A DNA stretch of 64,000 nt from an uncultured Collinsella sp. (GTDB taxonomy: Bacteria > Actinomycetota > Coriobacteriia > Coriobacteriales > Coriobacteriaceae). Shown here in pieces: positions 31,449 through 41,800 of this stretch (the stretch's first letter is position 1; each line of letters begins with the position of its first letter). Under the pieces are notes generated by a model. The model did no database searches, had not been told where the DNA came from, and saw nothing but the letters and a program-made list of their open reading frames with translations. The position numbers and the translations under genes were made by a program. The stretch lies in contig UQMO01000001.1 of NCBI GenBank assembly GCA_900542125.1, positions 4,876 through 68,875 on the forward strand. Direction: 5' to 3'.

Positions 31449-33339
31449 GACCGCAGCCCAAGCACGCCCGGCCGACCTCAAGCGCACTGTGCGCCGCTTG
31501 CTCTCCTACATGGGGCATGCCAAGTTCTCGTTGCTCGCGGTGGGCGTGCTCGCCTCCGTCGCCGCCATCGCGAGCCTCGCCGGCACCTACATGGTGCGCC
31601 CCATCGTTAACGGTTTGGCCACGGGCGGGGAGGAACTGCTTGCCAAGCAGGTCATCCTGACGGCGATCATCTACGCCGCGGGCGTGCTTTCGGCCCTGGG
31701 CTACTCGCAGATCATGGTGCGCGCGGCCCAACGCGTGGTGTCCGATATTCGCCGCGACCTGTTCGCGCACATCCAGACGCTGCCGCTCAGTTATTTTGAC
31801 AGCACGCGCTCGGGCGACATCATGAGCTTTTTCACCAATGACGTCGACACCGTCTCCGAGGCGCTTAACAACAGCTTTGCCAACGTGATTCAGGCCACCA
31901 TTCAGGTTGTGGGCACCACGGCCATGCTCATCATCCTTAACTGGCAGCTCACGATTATCACACTCGTGTGCGATGCGGCCATTGTGCTGTATGCGCGCTA
32001 TTCGGGCGCGCGCTCTAAGCGCTTCTTTGCCGCCCAGCAGGCATCGCTTGGCGACCTGGACGGATATATCGAAGAGATGGTCTCGGGCCAAAAGGTCATC
32101 AAGGTCTTTAACCGCGAGGCGGCGAATGTCGCCGGCTTCACCTGCCGCAACGACGAGCTTCGCCGCACCGGTACCGCCGCCGTGAGCTATGCCAACTCCA
32201 TGGTGCCCATGACCGTCGTGATTGGCTACGTCAACTATGCCATCGTCGCCGTGGCGGGCGGCATGCTCTGCATCAAGGGGCTCGCCGATGTGGGCGCACT
32301 TGCAAGCTACCTGGTCTTTGTGCGCCAGGCCGCCATGCCCATCAACCAGTTTACGCAGCTCGGCAACTTCTTGCTCAACGCGTTGGCCGGTGCCGAGCGC
32401 CTGTTTGCGGCTATGGACCTTGAGCCCGAGGTGGACGAGGGCTGCGTGGAGCTGGTGCAGACGGGCGATGCCGCGTGGGCGTGGAAAATTCCCGAGGGCC
32501 AGGGCGTGGGCGTCTACGGGCATCTGCATGACGTGGCAGCCGTTGATGAGTCGGGCCGCGCGGTGGCCGCCGACGGCACCGAGCTCACGTGTGGCTTGGT
32601 CCCGCTTGCCGGCGACGTGCGCTTCCATGCCGTGGACTTTTCCTACGTGCCGGGCGCCCGCGTGCTCACGGACCTCAACCTGTTTGCCAAGCCGGGGCAA
32701 AAGATTGCGTTTGTGGGCTCCACGGGCGCCGGCAAGACGACCATTACCAACCTCATCAACCGCTTCTACGAGGTCGATGACGGCGAGATCACGTACGACG
32801 GCATCGACGTCAAGCACATTGCCAAGGCCAGCCTGCGCGGGTCGCTTGGCATTGTGCTGCAGGACACGCACCTGTTTAGCGGCACCATTGCGCAGAACAT
32901 CCGCTTTGGCAAGCTCGACGCGACCGACGAGGAGGTGCGCGCCGCTGCCGAGGCCGCCTGCGCCGACTCGTTTATCCGCCGCCTGCCGCGGGGCTACGAC
33001 ACACCGGTCACGGCCGACGGCGCCAACCTGTCGCAGGGTCAGCGTCAGCTGCTCGCCATCGCGCGCGTGGCCGTCGCCGATCCGCCGGTGCTCATCCTGG
33101 ACGAGGCCACGAGCTCCATTGACACGCGTACCGAAAAGCTCATCGAGCGCGGTATGGACCGCATCATGCGCGGTCGCACCACGTTTATGATCGCGCACCG
33201 CCTGTCCACTGTCCGCGACGCCGACGCCATCATGGTCCTCGAACACGGCCGCATCATCGAGCGCGGCACGCACGAAGAGCTGCTCGCCCAGCACGGCGAG
33301 TACTGGCAGCTGGCGCATGGCTTAAAAGAGCTGGATTAA
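31441..33339 (+). CDS. ABC exporter fused permease/ATPase, subunit 2
   Basis: ATG 31441 overlaps the previous stop; GSTGAGKT, LSQGQRQ, LILDEAT and IAHRLST motifs. Confidence 0.92.
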   Translation: MPKTAAQARPADLKRTVRRLLSYMGHAKFSLLAVGVLASVAAIASLAGTYMVRPIVNGLATGGEELLAKQVILTAIIYAAGVLSALGYSQIMVRAAQRVVSDIRRDLFAHIQTLPLSYFDSTRSGDIMSFFTNDVDTVSEALNNSFANVIQATIQVVGTTAMLIILNWQLTIITLVCDAAIVLYARYSGARSKRFFAAQQASLGDLDGYIEEMVSGQKVIKVFNREAANVAGFTCRNDELRRTGTAAVSYANSMVPMTVVIGYVNYAIVAVAGGMLCIKGLADVGALASYLVFVRQAAMPINQFTQLGNFLLNALAGAERLFAAMDLEPEVDEGCVELVQTGDAAWAWKIPEGQGVGVYGHLHDVAAVDESGRAVAADGTELTCGLVPLAGDVRFHAVDFSYVPGARVLTDLNLFAKPGQKIAFVGSTGAGKTTITNLINRFYEVDDGEITYDGIDVKHIAKASLRGSLGIVLQDTHLFSGTIAQNIRFGKLDATDEEVRAAAEAACADSFIRRLPRGYDTPVTADGANLSQGQRQLLAIARVAVADPPVLILDEATSSIDTRTEKLIERGMDRIMRGRTTFMIAHRLSTVRDADAIMVLEHGRIIERGTHEELLAQHGEYWQLAHGLKELD

Positions 33340-33388
33340 CCCGTTCGAGCACGATGCTTTGATCCCTCCGTGCCCCTCACCTCGACTC

Positions 33389-33453
33389 AAACCATCACAA
33401 CATTCGACGTTTTTTGCCAAAAACGGGAAAAGCATCGAATGTTGTGATGGTTT
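33389..33453 (+). repeat. 65-bp palindromic repeat, copy 1
   Basis: AAACCATCACAACATTCGA-cgttttttgccaaaaacgggaaaagca-TCGAATGTTGTGATGGTTT. Confidence 0.92.
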
Positions 33454-33554
33454 TTCTACCACTCGACCGGGTGGAATCGCTTTCTTGCGCACGAAGGTGT
33501 GCGAACCCGTGAGCAGGGGAATAAGGTTGGTTATCCGACTCCATTGGAGGGCTC

Positions 33555-34592
33555 ATGGACCTGCCGATCGTCCTGTCCCATAAGACTGCCTGGCTGTACC
33601 ACAACGTGGCGCGCCCGTCCGAGCCGCTCTCGCGGGCAAGCAGCCTATACGATGAGGACTCGCTTGCTAACGAGGCGGAGCCGACCGCGAGCCTGCCCAA
33701 ATTGGGACTCGATGCCAAGGGGCTGAGGGCTTCAACGGCGGTCGGGATCGTTACCGACTATCTGGTCTCGATCGGTATTCCACGAGAAGAGCTCGATCAT
33801 ATCGACACGCTCGTCAACTTCGATTTTGAGCGCTCGACGCCGGCTGGATTTAGGTGCCACGTGTTTGGGGCGCCGATACCTCCATGCCATCTTATCGAGG
33901 TGGCAGAGGGCCTTCTGGTGGTTGATGAGGCCATGTGCTTTGTCCAAGCGGGTTCGTGGATGAGTGAGCCCGAGCAGCTGGAATATGGCTACGAAATCTG
34001 TGCCCGATACCATTTGAATCATCTGTCGACAGGCGATTATATCGAGATAGGGCAGAGGTATACCGTTGCCGATTTGATTGCTTATTGTAATGAGAACCGA
34101 TCTCGTCAGGGGGCCATACGCGCGGCCGCCGTGCTCAGGCGCGTGCACGATGGCGCGCGGTCGCCCATGGAGACGGCCACCGCAATCATGGTCGTAGCAA
34201 AACGTTCCCAGGGCGGTCTGGGATACGCCAAGGTTGAGCTCAACCATCGGGTCGATGTTCCCAACGAGTTCAAATATCTCGCTAAGGCCGGGTATTTCGA
34301 GATCGACGTATTTGCGCCTGCAAACGGTACGGGGATTGAATACAACGGCTCGGACCATTTTGATAAACAGCGCAGCGCGTCGGATGCGGAGCGTATGACC
34401 GTGCTGAGCGCGCTGGGCTTTAGGATGATCGTCCTCACCGGGACTCAGTTTGCCCATCAACTGCAATTGCATCGGGCGATGAATGCCATCGCGCTCGCTA
34501 TGGGCCTTAAGTGCGACCGAAGCGAAGCGTTCCAGAAACGTCAGAACGACCTACGAGAATTCGTGATTCGGCACTGGGACGGCGGCCTTTAG
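33555..34592 (+). CDS. Hypothetical protein, AbiEi-like N-terminus plus Vsr/DUF559-like endonuclease C-terminus
   Basis: LSHKTA, RSPMET and EIDV...IEYNG.DH......D..R...L...G pattern recognised by eye; RBS GGAGG. Confidence 0.65.
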   Translation: MDLPIVLSHKTAWLYHNVARPSEPLSRASSLYDEDSLANEAEPTASLPKLGLDAKGLRASTAVGIVTDYLVSIGIPREELDHIDTLVNFDFERSTPAGFRCHVFGAPIPPCHLIEVAEGLLVVDEAMCFVQAGSWMSEPEQLEYGYEICARYHLNHLSTGDYIEIGQRYTVADLIAYCNENRSRQGAIRAAAVLRRVHDGARSPMETATAIMVVAKRSQGGLGYAKVELNHRVDVPNEFKYLAKAGYFEIDVFAPANGTGIEYNGSDHFDKQRSASDAERMTVLSALGFRMIVLTGTQFAHQLQLHRAMNAIALAMGLKCDRSEAFQKRQNDLREFVIRHWDGGL

Positions 34593-34630
34593 GGACGTTC
34601 CGGTCCTTCTACGGGGTGCCGTGGGCAGGC

Positions 34631-34695
34631 AAAGCATCACAACATTCGACGTTTTTTGCCAAAAACGGGAAAAGCATCGAATGCTGTGATGGTCT
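34631..34695 (+). repeat. 65-bp palindromic repeat, copy 2
   Basis: Same arms (few mismatches) and identical 27-nt loop as copy 1, same orientation. Confidence 0.92.
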
Positions 34696-34827
34696 GTATG
34701 CTGAGGATGGGCTTGGAAAGCCGGTCTTGCTCGAAGCGACCTGTCCTGTCGTACGGGTGTCGGCATGATTCTCGCGTGGGGTATTATGTTTTCCGAAGAA
34801 TAAAACACCGCGTGAGGGGAGGGCTGC

Positions 34828-35883
34828 GTGGACGGGCACGTGCAACATGACGGTTTTGGCCGCGATATCAACTACCTGCGCATTGCCGTTACCGACAAGT
34901 GCAATTTCCGCTGCATTTACTGCATGCCGGCCGATGGCGTGGCGCCCCGCGCGCACGACGAGCTGCTCAGTGCCGAGGAAATCGCCCGCTTTGTGCGCTT
35001 GGTGGCGGGGGAGGGCATTCGCCGCGTGCGTCTGACGGGCGGCGAGCCTCTGGTCAGCCGCCGTATCATCCCGCTTATTCGTGACATCCGCGCGATCCCG
35101 CAGATCGAGGACATCTCGCTCACCACCAACGGCGCCCTGCTGCCCAAGCTGGCGACGCAGCTCAAAGATGCCGGGCTTAACCGCGTCAATATCTCGCTCG
35201 ACACGCTCGACCCTACGCTCTTTGGAAAGATCACGCGCCTGGGCCGGCTCGAGCAGACCATGGTTGGCATCGACGCGGCACTGGCCTGGGGCTTTGAGCC
35301 CGTTAAGGTCAACTGCGTTGTGGTGCGCCGGCTCAACCAGGATGTGGCGGCCCTTGCGCGCCTGACCGTCGACCGCCCCATCCATCTGCGCTTTATCGAG
35401 TACATGCCCATCGGTGACGAACACACGAGCTCGCATTGCGCTGTGGACCCGCATGCGCCCGCGCTCAATCCCGAGCTGTGGGACGCGAGCGATACCGTGC
35501 CGAGCGACGAGCTGCGGGCGCGCATCAATGCCGGGGCCGCCGCGACGGGACTGGGCGAGCTCGAGCCGCTCGACATCAACGACGCTCCTGCCGGCGCGGG
35601 CCCTGCGCGCTATTGGCACTTTCCGGGCGCGGCGGGAACGGTCGGCTTCATCAGCGCCATGTCCAATCATTTTTGCGCGAATTGCAATCGTCTGCGCCTG
35701 ACGGCCGATGGCAACGTGCGTCCGTGCCTGTTCAGCGATGCCGAGTATTCGGTGCGCGACGCCCTGCGCCGTGGTGATGATATGCAGGTACTTTCGATTT
35801 GGCGCGATGCCGTGGCCCACAAACCGCAGGAACACGCGATAATTGAGGGCACGCAACGATTTATGTCCCAAATCGGAGGATGA
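34828..35883 (+). CDS. moaA: GTP 3',8-cyclase MoaA
   Basis: CNFRCIYC radical SAM motif, LTGGEP, FCANCNRLR..C, C-terminal MSQIGG. Confidence 0.96.
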   Translation: MDGHVQHDGFGRDINYLRIAVTDKCNFRCIYCMPADGVAPRAHDELLSAEEIARFVRLVAGEGIRRVRLTGGEPLVSRRIIPLIRDIRAIPQIEDISLTTNGALLPKLATQLKDAGLNRVNISLDTLDPTLFGKITRLGRLEQTMVGIDAALAWGFEPVKVNCVVVRRLNQDVAALARLTVDRPIHLRFIEYMPIGDEHTSSHCAVDPHAPALNPELWDASDTVPSDELRARINAGAAATGLGELEPLDINDAPAGAGPARYWHFPGAAGTVGFISAMSNHFCANCNRLRLTADGNVRPCLFSDAEYSVRDALRRGDDMQVLSIWRDAVAHKPQEHAIIEGTQRFMSQIGG

Positions 35884-35887
35884 TCAT

Positions 35888-37192
35888 ATGGCCAAGAGCA
35901 GGTACGCCGATGCCACCAAGGCCGCTCGCAGGGCCGCGATGTCTGCCCACAAAGTCACGGCTGCGGCTAATGCTGGTAACGCCGACGCGTCCGCACAGCC
36001 GACTGCCAGCGCTGCAGCCGAGCCCGCCCGCGACGCCCGCCGCGACGAGCTGACGCACGTGGACGCCAAGGGCGAGGTACGCATGGTCGACGTGTCCGAC
36101 AAGGCCGAGACTCATCGCATTGCCATCGCCGAGGGCACCATCCTCATGCATCCCGAGACGCAGGCCATGGTGCTGCAGGACCGCGCCAAAAAGGGTGACG
36201 TGCTTGCCTGCGCGCGTGTGGCGGGCATTATGGCCATCAAACGCACGAGTGACATCATCCCCATGTGTCATCCGTTGCTCATTACCAAGAGTAAGTGCGA
36301 CATTGTGCCCATCGCTGCGGCGGGGACGCCTGTCGAGGACGTTCCCGAGGGCTGGGCGCCGGCGCGTACGGACGGGCAGGTTGGCTTTCACGTACTGGTT
36401 ACGGCCGGCGTGACGGGCAAGACGGGTATCGAGATGGAGGCCCTGACCGGCGCGAGTGCCGCGTGTCTGACTATCTACGACATGTGCAAGGCCGTCGATC
36501 GCGGCATGGAGATCGTCGACGTTCGCTTGCTGCACAAGGAGGGCGGCCGCTCGGGCGTGTGGGATCGTGCCGGGCGTCAGGCCGCTGCCGTTGAGGCCGT
36601 GGCCGCTGACGGCGCCGCGTCCGCGAGCGCACCCGTCGCCGTCGCGCCCGCAGCTCCGGCACCGGCCGTCCCCGCGATCGCGTTTATCGGCTACCAGAAC
36701 TCGGGCAAGACCACACTCGTCGAGAAGGTCATTGCCGAGCTCACCCGCCGCGGCCTGCGCGTGGGTTCGCTCAAGCATCACGGGCACCACGGCTTTGATA
36801 TCGATGTGCCCGCTAAGGACACCTGGCGCCATCACCAAGCCGGATCCAAGCACGTGGGTCTCATCTGCGCCACGCGCTGGGCGGAGTACGCCGACACGCG
36901 CGAGGAGGACGAGATGCCCGCGCGCGAGCTGCTGTCGCGCTACAACGATGTCGACGTGGTGATCATCGAGGGCTACAAGACCGAGGGCTTCGACAACATC
37001 GTCGTCGCGCGCTCGGGTGTCGACCGTCTGCGCGGCAAGAGCTCGCTCGACCTGGTCGACGGTCACACGCTGGCCCTTGCCTGCAACGAGGTCCTGGCAC
37101 GTCAGGCCTTCGACGCCGGCTTTGCGACCCGAGCCATCAACATCAACGACGCCCGAGCCATCTGCGATCTGATCCAAGACCATCTGGCCTAA
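35888..37192 (+). CDS. moaC: MoaC-MobB fusion protein
   Basis: LTHVD..MVDVSDK, IPMCHP, TGIEMEAL and IYDMCKA (MoaC), Ala/Pro linker, then GYQNSGKTT, KHHGH, KDTWRH and IIEGYK (MobB). Confidence 0.9.
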   Translation: MAKSRYADATKAARRAAMSAHKVTAAANAGNADASAQPTASAAAEPARDARRDELTHVDAKGEVRMVDVSDKAETHRIAIAEGTILMHPETQAMVLQDRAKKGDVLACARVAGIMAIKRTSDIIPMCHPLLITKSKCDIVPIAAAGTPVEDVPEGWAPARTDGQVGFHVLVTAGVTGKTGIEMEALTGASAACLTIYDMCKAVDRGMEIVDVRLLHKEGGRSGVWDRAGRQAAAVEAVAADGAASASAPVAVAPAAPAPAVPAIAFIGYQNSGKTTLVEKVIAELTRRGLRVGSLKHHGHHGFDIDVPAKDTWRHHQAGSKHVGLICATRWAEYADTREEDEMPARELLSRYNDVDVVIIEGYKTEGFDNIVVARSGVDRLRGKSSLDLVDGHTLALACNEVLARQAFDAGFATRAININDARAICDLIQDHLA

Positions 37193-37430
37193 AACCTGCC
37201 AAAAGGGGACAGGTTTATTTCGGCAGGTTTTATCTGGGCAAACGTCATTTCCACCACAAAGGGGCCAGGCACCTTTGTGATGGTTTTTGCTTTGCAGTAA
37301 AAACCATCACAACATTCGATGAAAATCGCGATTTTGGCGAAAAACGTCGAATGTTGTGATGCTTTGCGCCCCGGGTCCGGCCACCCTTCGGGTCCGGCCA
37401 CCACAAAGGGGCCAGGCGCCTTTGTGGTGG
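37191..37430. repeat. Composite cluster of palindromic repeats
   Basis: GGGG(A/C)CAGG hairpins at 37191-37231, 37251-37283 and 37398-37430, surrounding copy 3 (inverted) of the 65-bp repeat at 37301-37365. Confidence 0.88.
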
Positions 37431-37523
37431 TTTTGCGCCCAAGCGCTCCGTATGCACCTTGGTATACCATGTACGCCGTTCACGAATACACCCCACACCG
37501 CCGCACAACCCAGAAAGGCCCCC

Positions 37524-38345
37524 ATGGACGCCACCTTCAACCACATCAAAGCCGTGTTCTGCGATATCGACGGCACGCTGCTCACGAGCCAGCACACGGT
37601 GTCCCCGCGCACCGTGGCGGCGATCCGCGCCCTGCGCGAGCGCGGCGTGCTCTTTGGTCTGTGCACCGGGCGCGACGCCCACGCGACCGAGGCCATGTAC
37701 GAGCTCTGGGGCATCGAAGGCCTGGTGGACGTGATGGTGGGCTGCGGTGGCGCCGAGGTCATCGACCGCGCTCACGACATCAACGAGCTGAGCTATCCGC
37801 TGCCGGGCGAGACCATCGCACGCATCTGCAGGCACATGGCGGACCTTCCGGCAACACCCGTCTGCCCCCGAGACGGCGTGTTTTACGTGCCCGAGAGCAA
37901 CGCGTGCGTCGAGCACCTGTCGCGCGTCGACGGCGTGCCCTACCAGGTGGTCGATTTTGCCGAGTTTTTGCGCGAGCCGCAGCCCAAGGTGATGTTTACC
38001 ATGGCGCCCGAGGTGATGCCGCAGGTGATTGAGCGGGCGTCGACGTTTGCCGATGACACTGTTAAGGCGGCGGCTCTGCAAACCACGCAGCGGCTCTACG
38101 AGTTCATGGATCCGCGCGTGTCCAAGACGCGCGGCCTTGTGCGCGTGGCGGAGCTCAACGACATGGAGCTCCAGGACATCTGCGTGTTTGGCGATGCGGA
38201 CAACGACACCTGCATGGTGGCTGACGCCGGCGTGGGCGTGGCCATGGCAAACGGCAGCGACGCCACCCGTGCCGCCGCCGACTTTGTAACCGCGAGCAAC
38301 GACAAAGACGGCATCGCGATCTTTATCGAGGAACATCTGCTGTAG
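37524..38345 (+). CDS. Cof-type HAD-IIB hydrolase
   Basis: DIDGTLL, CTGR, VSK, FGDADND and AMAN motifs. Confidence 0.92.
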   Translation: MDATFNHIKAVFCDIDGTLLTSQHTVSPRTVAAIRALRERGVLFGLCTGRDAHATEAMYELWGIEGLVDVMVGCGGAEVIDRAHDINELSYPLPGETIARICRHMADLPATPVCPRDGVFYVPESNACVEHLSRVDGVPYQVVDFAEFLREPQPKVMFTMAPEVMPQVIERASTFADDTVKAAALQTTQRLYEFMDPRVSKTRGLVRVAELNDMELQDICVFGDADNDTCMVADAGVGVAMANGSDATRAAADFVTASNDKDGIAIFIEEHLL

Positions 38346-38849
38346 CGCCGGGGGGGGCACCGCAAAAGGGGACAGGCTCCTTTGCAGTGGCCTCAGGCGA
38401 TTTGGGCGAATTGATGCCTAAAATCTGCGCGTAAATTCAGATATGGTTGTCTGAACATTACGCTTCTAATTACCGATGAAATAAAAATATTCCCATCAAT
38501 TTGGTAGTCTATTCCTCCCGGTTAATGACCTACCATTCGCGGTTGATTTTCGACCGTTCACAGGATGCTTGCTCTTGAGCAAAATGTTGTGCAAATAAAT
38601 AAAATGCTATTAAAAAACTGATAACTAACTTAATTACCAGTAGAAACAGATATTTCAGAGCGAATAAACGAAAGCAAATCTGAGTAAATGTCAAGAGAAT
38701 TGAGAACTGGCTACAAAAATGTCGGTTTTGTTGCTCGGATGTTTAAACAATAGTTACAATAGTATTACTAAGCGTGCGCAATTACAGATTGCGCAGATAC
38801 GTTTGATAGTGAAAGAGCAAGATCGCGGTCTCTTGGGGAGGAGACATCG

Positions 38850-41800
38850 ATGAAAGCGAATTCAGAAAAAACTAAGCAGAGTAAAAAAGCGACGCGCCAC
38901 GTACTGGCAGGCGTTTTGTGTGGAGCATCCGTTTTGAGCCTGGTACTGTCGCTCGTCATGCCTCCGATCTCGCAGGCCATTGCCAACGATGCCCAGGCAG
39001 CTCCTACCGAGGAAACTGTAATGGGGGGGGGTTCCTCAAGTGAGTCTACTGGTGTAGACAACACTACCAACGGGGATACCGAAAACCAGAATAGCGACGA
39101 GGTCGACGGCGGCGAGGCCGACTCTTCAAATGGTGTTGAGCAGGGTCAGTCTGAGGATCAGCCTGAGGGCGAGTTGCAGGTCGAAGACGGCGAGTCGTCG
39201 GATGACGGCGCCGTTATGGCAGCTGCGGAAGGTGGGCAAACCGAAGCGGCGCCCGTCGAGATAAATAGCGCTGACGATTTGAAAAACAAGTTGGAGAATG
39301 CAAGCGGTGTCGCTAGCTTCAAGCTTATGAATGATGTCGATACCGGCGGGACAATCCAGCTTGGCAAGGACGGCAGCAAGATCACGCTGGATCTAAACGG
39401 TCACAAAATTAAACACGAGAGCTCGAGCCAGCCCCTGTTCAACATTACGGGGGGCGCGACGTTAACCGTCATGGATAGTCAGCAAGCTGAAGTGGATGAT
39501 CCAACGGGCGACAAATATGTATGCTCCGACAACACATTTAGCAAAAATGGCAACCTTGCCTCTGTGGCCCCTGATGAGACTTCTAATATTCCTACAAATC
39601 TCACCTACTATGTAACCGGATCGTCCGTAAATCCAGATGGCATTAGCACTACCGAGGCTCTTTATAAACATGAAGCTACCATCGGCGGCGCCATCGTGGC
39701 GTGCAATAGTAACGACAAATTGAAGCTCATCAATCTTTATGGCACTAATGGTAAGGGCGGTACGTTCAATCTTGAAAGTGGCGTGCTGACGCAAGGACAG
39801 GGCTGTAAAGTTGCCAACTTGGTCTACGCCGAGAACGGTTCTACCGTCAATATGAGCGGTGGCTACGTTTGCGGTGCCTCTACGGGAACCTCGGGCACCG
39901 GCGCTGGCATTATGGTGTCTAATGAAAAGGGTGCTGCTTCGACCCTTAATCTAACCGGTGGCGTTATCGCAGGTAACTACGCTCCCAATGGCGGCGGCGT
40001 GTACGCTAAGGGCTCAATGGTCAACGTGGATGGCAGCATTATCTCCGGCAACGGTACGTTTGGTAGCCAGTCTGGCTACGGCGCAGGTATCTGTGCGTTC
40101 GAATCAACCGTTAACGTTACGAGCGGCTACATCACCAATAACAAGTATCAGTTCTACCAAGATACCGATTCGACTAATTGGGTGCACAAGGGCGGCGGTT
40201 GCCACGGTGGTGGTGGTATTGCTGCTTTTAATGGCGGTAGCCTGAAGATTAACGGTGGCTACATCACCGGTAACTATTCTGCCGAGGCCGGTGGCGGTAT
40301 TTATGCTGGCGCTTGGAAGCAGGCTCTTTCCACGTTTACGTTCTCTGGTGGAACCATCGCCAGCAATGTGGCGCAAAACTCAGAGGGTGGCGGTATCCGC
40401 ATTGCTGCGCCTACCGTTGGTGTGTTTGAAGTTGCGAATGGTTCACACGCTTATATCACCAACAATACGACCAATACCACTAATGACTGGGGCGGTGGCG
40501 GCGTGTTCGTCCAGGGCGGCAACAGTGATGAAAACGTTAATTCAGCGACTCTTAAGATTTACAACGCGCTGATTACTAACAATTCGGCCGAGGGCTATGG
40601 CGGTGGCTTCGCTGCCTGCCCGACCGGCAAAACGGCTATTACCGATACCAATGGTATTGCGATTTTCGGAAACCGCGATGAAAACGGCGCCCACCTATCG
40701 GGTGGTACTAATGGTAAGAATGAAGATCAGCCCACAACCGTTAAGGGCGGCGAAATCACTGATACCTTCAAGCAAAACGGCCATAAGGATCTATTCCTGA
40801 TTCGCAAGTCAGATAATAGCGACTACATCGCTGCCGTAACTGGTCAGATGCTTGGTGGCGGCGCTGCCAACTGGAGGGGCACGATCGACGGTCAGCCGCC
40901 TACGACCATCGGCAAGTACGAGGGCGCCCAGGCTAAGTACATGATTGGCCTCGATGCAGATCCTTCCGATGGTGATCAAGGGCTTGCCCGTGATAATGCC
41001 ACGCTCTTCATCACGGGCAACAAATCCAACATCCACGGCGGCGGCATCATGACCAACGGCGACGTTGTCGCTGGTTCCACCATGCAGGTGAGCGTGTACC
41101 CCAAGATGAAGCTCAATGGCACTAAGGCGCTAATGGGTCGTGCGCTTAAAGACGGAGAGTTCAAGTTCCAGCTGCTCAAACAGGGTACAAACAAGCAGGA
41201 TCCCTCGTTTGCCGATCACAAGCTGCGACTCAATGGCTGCACAAAAGTTGGCAATGGGGTCACGAATGATGGCGGCGGCAACTTTGCCTTTAATCTGGGC
41301 GAGGTCTATTCCGATGACTCGATCGTCTACTACCTCGTTGAGGACCCCGGTGACAATCCCGTTTCTGGCGTGACTTGCGACGAGACTATCTACAAGATAG
41401 ATCCTAAGGTCGTAAAGGATGAAAAAAAGTCGCATAAGGTGCTTGATATCGAGTACACGTACTATACGGTCAGTAGTGTGGCAATCACCACAATCGCCGC
41501 TAATGGTACTACGTCTGTTGCTACGGTTTATCCAATACCCGAAGGTGACGTTGCAAACGTCGCGCTAACAAGCTCAAAGACTTTCACCAACACATACACG
41601 CCGTACGACTCCAAGGGTTCCTGGACTCCGGCGGCTACGAAGGTTGTCAAGGGTGGCGAGATGAAGAAGTTTACGCTTCAGCTCGCGACCGACAAGGAGT
41701 TCACGAGCATCGTCAACGATAAGTCGACCAAGGCTGACGGCTCCAAGTCCCAGACCTTGGACTTCGACGAGATTGAGTACAAACTCAATCAACTCGAAAA

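Noticed and set aside
38400..38849. Riboswitch or invertible promoter upstream of the pilus operon
   Set aside because: AT-rich regulatory DNA, but I found no convincing aptamer consensus or flanking inverted repeats by eye.
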